From: an uncultured Gemmatimonadales bacterium
GTDB taxonomy: Bacteria; Gemmatimonadota; Gemmatimonadetes; Gemmatimonadales; GWC2-71-9
Assembly (NCBI GenBank): GCA_963825055.1
Contig: CAWGSK010000006.1
Location: 1-23,861 of the forward strand
Reading direction: 5' to 3'
Length of the DNA: 23,861 nt
Below are positions 18,598 to 23,861 of this stretch, in pieces. The notes below the pieces were generated by a model. That model was given only the letters and a program-made list of their open reading frames with translations. It was not told the origin of the DNA and did no database searches. The first letter of the stretch is position 1, and each line of letters opens with the position of its first letter. The translations under genes were made by a program, and so were the position numbers.

Positions 18598-20198
18598 GCC
18601 GGTACCGTATTCTCGTTGCTGACAAGATCCGGATGGACGAACTCGAACCGCTCCAGGATCCCGCGCAGTTCGAGCTGGTCGAGGTCAGCGGGCTCAAGGG
18701 CGATGCCCTTGCGGACGCGCTGGTGGACGCCGATGCCATCCTCGTGCGGAGCGCCACGAAGATCACCCGCGAATCCCTGGCCCGCACCAGTCGCCTCAAG
18801 ATCGTCGGCCGGGCCGGTGTCGGGGTGGATACGATCGACGTGGAAGCGGCGACCGAGCGTGGTGTCGCCGTGCTCAACGCGCCGGCCGGGAACACCGTCT
18901 CCGCAGCCGAGCTGGCCTTCGCCCTGCTCCTCTCCCTCGTGCGGCGTGTCGCCGCCGCCGACCGGTCCATGCGGAATGGCGGGTGGGAGCGCTCGAAGTT
19001 CACCGGCACTGAACTGTACGGCAAGACGCTGGGCCTCGTCGGTGTGGGGCGGGTGGGAGGCGATGTGGCCCGGCGCGCGCGTGCGTTTGGCATGAAGGTG
19101 ATCGCCTACGATCCCTTCCTGCCAGAGCAGGCCGCCCGTCGCCTCGAGGTGGAGCTGCATGCCCTCGGCGACGTCCTCCGGACGGCGGACGTGCTCTCGC
19201 TCCACGTGCCGCTCACCGACAAGACCGCCGGGATGATCGGTGGCGCCCAGCTGGACCTCATGAAACGGGGCGCCGTCCTGGTCAATGCGGCACGGGGCGG
19301 GGTGGTGGACGAGGAGGCCCTGATCGAGCGACTGGTGGATGGCCGGATCGGCGGGGCCGCGCTGGATGTGTTCGAACAGGAGCCGCTGCCGGCCGACCAC
19401 CCGTTCCGTTCCCTCGACCACGTGGTGCTGACCCCCCACCTCGGTGCCTCAACGGAGGAGGCCCAGCGGAACGTGGCGGTCGAAATCGCCACGGCCGTTC
19501 GGGGTGCCCTGCTCGACGGGGACCTGAGCCACGCGCTCAACGCGCCCGCGATCGGCGGCGAGAAGATGCGCCGCCTCCGGCCGCTCCTGGTACTCGCCGA
19601 GCAACTGGGCAAGGTGGGAGCGGGACTGGTGAACGGCCCGGTCGTGGAGGTGGAGGTGCGGTACGCCGGCGACGTGGACGATGCGCTGCGGCCGCTGGCC
19701 GCCGCGGCCCTCTGCGGAGTCCTCGCCGGCGTGGTGGGTCGTCCGGGGGTGAACATGGTCAACGCGCTGCTGCTGGCGCAGCAGCGGGGCATTACCCTGA
19801 AACGGGTCCGTCTTGATCCCGTGGGCGATTACGCCCAGTTCGTCGAGCTTCGCGTGGCCTGCCGGCAGCGGAAGTCCCGGGTGGCGGGCGCGCTACTGGC
19901 GGCTGCCCATCCACGCATGGTGCGGATCGACGGCTATCATGTCGACATCGTGCCGCGGGGCACCCTGGTCGTGCTGCACAACCGGGACGTTCCCGGTGTG
20001 ATCGGACGGGTGGGGAGCGTCCTGGGTGGCGCGGGAGTGAACATCGGGGAGTATCACCAGGCCCGCCTGGAAGCGGGCGGCGATGCGCTGGCAACGATCA
20101 GTATCGATGGACGGCTGCCGGACGGCGTGGCGGGGCAGCTGCGGGCCCTTCCGGAAGTGACCGATGTCAGGGAGATTGTTCTCGACACCGGTCACTGA
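18594..20198 (+). CDS. serA: D-3-phosphoglycerate dehydrogenase, long form with ASB and ACT domains
   Basis: VRSATK, GRAGVGVDTID, GLVGVGRVG, NAARGG, LDVFEQEP, TPHLGASTEEAQ, ACT segment NRDVPGVIGRVG...NI. ATGA overlap with the upstream gene. Confidence 0.96.
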   Translation: MSRYRILVADKIRMDELEPLQDPAQFELVEVSGLKGDALADALVDADAILVRSATKITRESLARTSRLKIVGRAGVGVDTIDVEAATERGVAVLNAPAGNTVSAAELAFALLLSLVRRVAAADRSMRNGGWERSKFTGTELYGKTLGLVGVGRVGGDVARRARAFGMKVIAYDPFLPEQAARRLEVELHALGDVLRTADVLSLHVPLTDKTAGMIGGAQLDLMKRGAVLVNAARGGVVDEEALIERLVDGRIGGAALDVFEQEPLPADHPFRSLDHVVLTPHLGASTEEAQRNVAVEIATAVRGALLDGDLSHALNAPAIGGEKMRRLRPLLVLAEQLGKVGAGLVNGPVVEVEVRYAGDVDDALRPLAAAALCGVLAGVVGRPGVNMVNALLLAQQRGITLKRVRLDPVGDYAQFVELRVACRQRKSRVAGALLAAAHPRMVRIDGYHVDIVPRGTLVVLHNRDVPGVIGRVGSVLGGAGVNIGEYHQARLEAGGDALATISIDGRLPDGVAGQLRALPEVTDVREIVLDTGH

Positions 20199-20804
20199 TC
20201 AGAGAGATTCGAGCAGCGTCTCCACCGCCAGGACCTCCTCGAGCAGCGCGCCGCGCTCGAGGTGCGCGTCGAACCGGAGCAGCGCCGCCTCGCTGGAGCG
20301 CCGGAGCGCGCTGACCATGTCGGCATCGGCCGCGCGTTCCCGGCCGAAGCGGTGCAGTGCTTCGCGCATGGCCGCCTGTTCCACCAGCATCCGCGCGGCG
20401 AGGACGAGATTCTTGTGGCATGCCTCTGCGACGGGGGTAATGTGCTCCTCACCCGGCAGGCCGAGCCGGGGCAGCCGGAGCGCGGCCAGCGCCTCGTCCT
20501 GCAGCTCCACGATGGTCGAGAACGGCCGGCCGCGCCGGCGCAGGAACTCGAGCCGCTGGTGTTCCAGCTCGGCCCGGATCGCCGCCAGGGAAGCCTCGGT
20601 GTCCTCCGATTCCTCGTGCAGGACGTCCCACAACCCCGGAATCGGCCACTCATGATGCTCCCGGAGCATCTCCTGCACCGCGAAACCGTATTCGCCCGTG
20701 CGGCGGGCGAACCGTGCGGCTGCCCGGGCGAGCGAACCGCGGGTACGCCAGAGCTCGCGGAAGGTGTCGTACTGCATCAGGGTATGCGTGATCTCGGGTG
20801 TCAT
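20199..20804 (-). CDS. Hypothetical alpha-helical protein, 201 aa
   Basis: Fills the gap exactly (its stop abuts the serA stop: TGA-TCA), GC3-rich codons, upstream sigma54-type promoter. Confidence 0.75.
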   Translation of the reverse strand: MTPEITHTLMQYDTFRELWRTRGSLARAAARFARRTGEYGFAVQEMLREHHEWPIPGLWDVLHEESEDTEASLAAIRAELEHQRLEFLRRRGRPFSTIVELQDEALAALRLPRLGLPGEEHITPVAEACHKNLVLAARMLVEQAAMREALHRFGRERAADADMVSALRRSSEAALLRFDAHLERGALLEEVLAVETLLESL

Positions 20805-20852
20805 GGGGCACTCGCGACTGGGCCGCTGGTGAAGGGGACATCACCATCATCG

Positions 20853-20868
20853 GCATGACCCGTGCCAG
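20853..20868 (-). promoter_or_regulatory. Sigma54 (RpoN) -24/-12 promoter
   Basis: Minus strand CTGGCACGGGTCATGC = TGGCACG-N4-ATGC with exact GG-N10-GC spacing, about 50 nt upstream of the ATG at 20804. Confidence 0.7.
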
Positions 20869-20917
20869 ACGGCAGGAAGTTGCACCGACACTTAGACTTT
20901 ACTTCATATTGTCATCG

Positions 20918-20930
20918 TAAGCATTTGATA
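20918..20930 (-). promoter_or_regulatory. IHF binding site in an AT-rich patch
   Basis: Minus strand TATCAAATGCTTA matches WATCAANNNNTTR exactly. Confidence 0.6.
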
Positions 20931-21068
20931 TATATATCGTTACGGATTCTGCACACTGTGACTGACTGAGAGCCCCCTCGCGAGTGGGTGGTCCGCCAGG
21001 GCCGTCGTGCTGGCGGCGATGCCGGAATTCGCTATTATCACGCCCCCTTCACCTCCCAGGAGCGCCCG

Positions 21069-22688
21069 CTGGTCCCGACCATCGTTCGTACCCTGCGCGG
21101 CTACCGCCGGGAGCAGTTCGCCGCTGACCTGGTCTCCGGGCTCATCGTCGGCATTGTCGCGATTCCTCTCGCCATCGCCTTCGCCATTGCCAGCGGCGTC
21201 ACGCCCGACCGCGGGCTGGCGACCGCTATCGTCGCGGGATTCCTCATCTCCGCGCTGGGCGGCTCGCGTGTCCTGATTGGCGGACCCACCGGCGCCTTCG
21301 TCGTCATCGTCTACGGCATCGTCCAGCAGCACGGTCTCGAGGGGCTGCTTCTCGCCACGATGATGGCCGGACTCCTCCTCGTGATGTTCGGCCTCGCCCG
21401 TCTTGGCACTGTCATCAAGTACATCCCGTATCCCGTCACCCTCGGCTTCACCAGCGGCATTGGCCTCGTGATCTTCGCCGGTGAGGTGAAGGATTTCCTC
21501 GGGCTCGAGATGGGCAGCCTTCCACCGGGGTTCATCGGGCGCTGGGGGGCATATGCTGCGGCCATCGGGACGGTGAACTGGTGGGCGTTGGGGGTGGGAC
21601 TGTTCGCGCTGGCCATTCTTGTATGGTGGCCCCGCGTAAGCCGGGGCGTGCCGTCACCCTTCGTTGCCCTGGTGGCAAGCACGCTGGTGGTTTACCTGGC
21701 CGGATTGCCGGTGGAGACCATCGGGGACCGGTTCGGCCACCTGGGCGGCGGACTGCCGCTGCCCCGGCTCCCCCATGTGGACCTCGCCCTGGTCCCGGCG
21801 CTGATCGGTCCCGCGCTGACGATCGCGGTGCTGGCGGCCGTCGAGTCGCTGCTGGCCGCGGTGGTGGCCGACGGCATGATCGGCGACCGGCACGACTCCA
21901 ACATGGAATTGATCGGGCAGGGGATCGCCAACCTGGTGACGCCGCTCTTTGGCGGCATCCCGGCCACGGGGGCCATTGCCCGGACCGCGACGAACGTCAG
22001 GGCCGGCGGTCGCACCCCGGTGGCCGGGATCGTGCACTCCGTGATGCTTCTCTTCGTCGCGCTCTTCATCGGGGGGCTGGTGGAACGGATCCCACTTGCC
22101 ACGCTCGCGGCCATCCTGATGGTGGTGGCCTGGCATATGGGGGAGTGGGGTGTCTTTCGCGCCGAGCTCAAGGGACCGGGGAGTGATGTCGCCGTCCTGC
22201 TGACGACTTTTGCCCTGACGGTGCTCGTGGATCTGACCGTGGCCATTGAAGTCGGGATGGTGCTGGCCGCGTTCCTCTTCATGCGGCGGATGTCGGAAGT
22301 GGCGAGCGTATCACTCGTCTCGACCGACGAAGCCGGGCAGGGGACGATACCTGACCTGCCGAAGGCGGTGGCGGTCTACGAGATCGATGGACCGTTCTTC
22401 TTCGGCGCGGCGGAAACATTCCGGGAGACAATGCATGAGCTGGCGGAACGGCCCCGGATCCTGGTCCTCCGCCTCCGCCACGTTCCGGTGATCGACAGCA
22501 CGGGGCTTCATGCCCTGCACGACCTGGTGCTCCGGTGCCGGGCGGACGGTACGCGTGTCATCCTGAGCGGGCTTACTCCCCGCCTCCGCGGAATCATCGA
22601 GCGGTCGGCGCTCGGGACCCAGCTCGAGCCCGCGCAGTTGTTCGGGGATTTTGAGGAGGCGCTGGAGGAGGCGCGGCGCCGGGTCTAG
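21069..22688 (+). CDS. sulP: SulP/SLC26 anion transporter with STAS domain
   Basis: DLVSGLIVGIVAIPLAIAFAIASG, GGSRVLIGGPTGAF, ELIGQGIAN, PATGAIART, GPFFFGAA, VIDSTG. Start is uncertain (CTG 21069 behind AGGAG, or GTG 20988). Confidence 0.93.
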   Translation: MVPTIVRTLRGYRREQFAADLVSGLIVGIVAIPLAIAFAIASGVTPDRGLATAIVAGFLISALGGSRVLIGGPTGAFVVIVYGIVQQHGLEGLLLATMMAGLLLVMFGLARLGTVIKYIPYPVTLGFTSGIGLVIFAGEVKDFLGLEMGSLPPGFIGRWGAYAAAIGTVNWWALGVGLFALAILVWWPRVSRGVPSPFVALVASTLVVYLAGLPVETIGDRFGHLGGGLPLPRLPHVDLALVPALIGPALTIAVLAAVESLLAAVVADGMIGDRHDSNMELIGQGIANLVTPLFGGIPATGAIARTATNVRAGGRTPVAGIVHSVMLLFVALFIGGLVERIPLATLAAILMVVAWHMGEWGVFRAELKGPGSDVAVLLTTFALTVLVDLTVAIEVGMVLAAFLFMRRMSEVASVSLVSTDEAGQGTIPDLPKAVAVYEIDGPFFFGAAETFRETMHELAERPRILVLRLRHVPVIDSTGLHALHDLVLRCRADGTRVILSGLTPRLRGIIERSALGTQLEPAQLFGDFEEALEEARRRV

Positions 22689-22693
22689 GAACT

Positions 22694-22775
22694 GGTCGAA
22701 GGTCGGAGGTCAAAGGTCGCTAGTGAAGGGTCGCAGGTCGCCGATTCGCGACCTGCGACCTTTGACCCTCGCCCG
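22694..22775. repeat. Inverted heptamer arms (GGTCRNN) with a central 13-bp hairpin between convergent genes
   Basis: GGTCGAA GGTCGGA GGTCAAA GGTCGCT AGTGAAG GGTCGCA GGTCGC; 22729-22741 pairs perfectly with 22748-22760. Confidence 0.88.
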
Positions 22776-22777
22776 AC

Positions 22778-23861
22778 TCAGGGCCCGAATGCGGCGACCA
22801 CGGCATCCATCGTCCCCCCAAAGGAGCCCGAGGAATTCAACCGCGGCCAATCGCTCGAATTCGTATTGCCGACCGCATACAGAACCCCGGTGGGTCCTGC
22901 AGCCAGTCCGCGGCCGGCGTCCAGACCGCTGCCGCCTAGAGTGGTACCGAAGAGTTCCTTGCGGAGATCCGAGGAAAGCAGAACGACAAAGACCTCCTGC
23001 CCCCCGCGGGCCGTCCCGGCCTGGGTGTCCGGGAAGTTCGCGGAGGTGGTGGATCCCCCCACACCGATCGATCCGTCGGGTCTGATGGCAATCCCCTGGG
23101 TCAGTTCATCGCCACTGCCACCGAGATACGTGCTCGCGCCCAGCGATCCACCAGGATTGACCCGGGTGACGAAGCTTTCGCTTCCTCCAGCTCGCGAGGT
23201 TTGAAAGGCGCCAGACGTTGTCGGGAAGTCAGATGAGTTTGTCACGGAACTGACGTATGCGTCGCCGGCAGCGCTCACGGCAAGGGAGTGTGTCTCGAGG
23301 GATTCATTCCCGCCTCCCCCGATGTACGTCCCGTACCGAAGGGACCTTCCGTCGCTGCTGACTCGCGCGAGATAAAGATCCTCAGCTCCACCCAAAGACT
23401 TGTCGAACCCCGCGGGCGTGGGCATGTCAGGGCTGTCCGTCGAGGTCAGGTAGTACACATCACCACTGGCATCGACGCCAATGGATGGTGTTGCACCCTC
23501 GTCGCCTCGGCCCCCGAGATAGGTTGCCCAGAGCACGCGGGAGCCGTCTGGGGAGATCTTGGCCAGGACCCCATCCCGGCCGGCGTGGGGCGTCGCCTGA
23601 TATGCGCCGACAAACCATGCCGCCGGAAAATTACCCGAGTCGTGAGCGCTGGCGACATAAATGTTGCCCCCGGCGTCGACGGCCGCGTCGCGAACAATCC
23701 ACGGATCGCTGGTACCGAAGTAGCTGCAGAAGATGATCGCGGTGCCGTCCGGGCGGATCTTGCAGACGAAGCCGTCCTGGGGTCCGTAGGCGTCGGTCGG
23801 CAAGACCCCGCCCTGAAAGGCGGTCTGGAACGCACCGGTGGTGACCGGAAACCCGGCGCCA
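22778..23861 (-). CDS. SBBP-repeat beta-propeller protein, 5'-truncated by the window edge
   Basis: Repeats of YLGGxGxE...IxVDxxGxxYV...TxSxDFPTTxGAFQ. The frame stays open to the window end (GAGFPVTTGAFQTAF...). Confidence 0.88.
   Translation of the reverse strand, partial: GAGFPVTTGAFQTAFQGGVLPTDAYGPQDGFVCKIRPDGTAIIFCSYFGTSDPWIVRDAAVDAGGNIYVASAHDSGNFPAAWFVGAYQATPHAGRDGVLAKISPDGSRVLWATYLGGRGDEGATPSIGVDASGDVYYLTSTDSPDMPTPAGFDKSLGGAEDLYLARVSSDGRSLRYGTYIGGGGNESLETHSLAVSAAGDAYVSSVTNSSDFPTTSGAFQTSRAGGSESFVTRVNPGGSLGASTYLGGSGDELTQGIAIRPDGSIGVGGSTTSANFPDTQAGTARGGQEVFVVLLSSDLRKELFGTTLGGSGLDAGRGLAAGPTGVLYAVGNTNSSDWPRLNSSGSFGGTMDAVVAAFGP

Noticed and set aside
20164..20858. Alternative + strand ORFs (163 and 198 aa) after serA
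   Set aside because: The minus-strand 201-aa ORF has the better codon pattern, a clean boundary and a promoter.
20879..20889. GT-N7-AC NorR-like site
   Set aside because: Only 4 informative bases, a single copy, and too close to the -24 box to act as an enhancer.

Overview
GC-rich bacterial chromosomal window. Gene content and style suggest Gemmatimonadota, but that is inference. In order it holds: a partial CDS; a triple-BON protein; a DUF481 beta-barrel; a DUF1579-like gene; a DinB-family gene; tRNA-Arg(TCT); two tandem paralogous lipoproteins (conserved Ig-like N-terminus, divergent propeller-like C-terminus); a TM2 protein; an M16 zinc peptidase; icd head-to-head with aceK; a ~1271-aa secreted protein with a T9SS-type-A-like C-terminal domain, split by one extra base at ~14461; a serB-like/class V aminotransferase/serA operon; a hypothetical gene behind a sigma54 promoter with an IHF site; a SulP transporter with a probable CTG start; and a partial SBBP-repeat protein. 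The most striking unexplained structure is a set of 7-bp (plus 8- and 9-bp) tandem arrays in seven intergenic regions. Units differ between sites, but most 7-mers phase to YNNYYRN. They show a polarity: the G-rich strand follows stop codons and the C-rich strand precedes starts, often as inverted arms. No integrase, transposase, CRISPR array or rRNA was seen.
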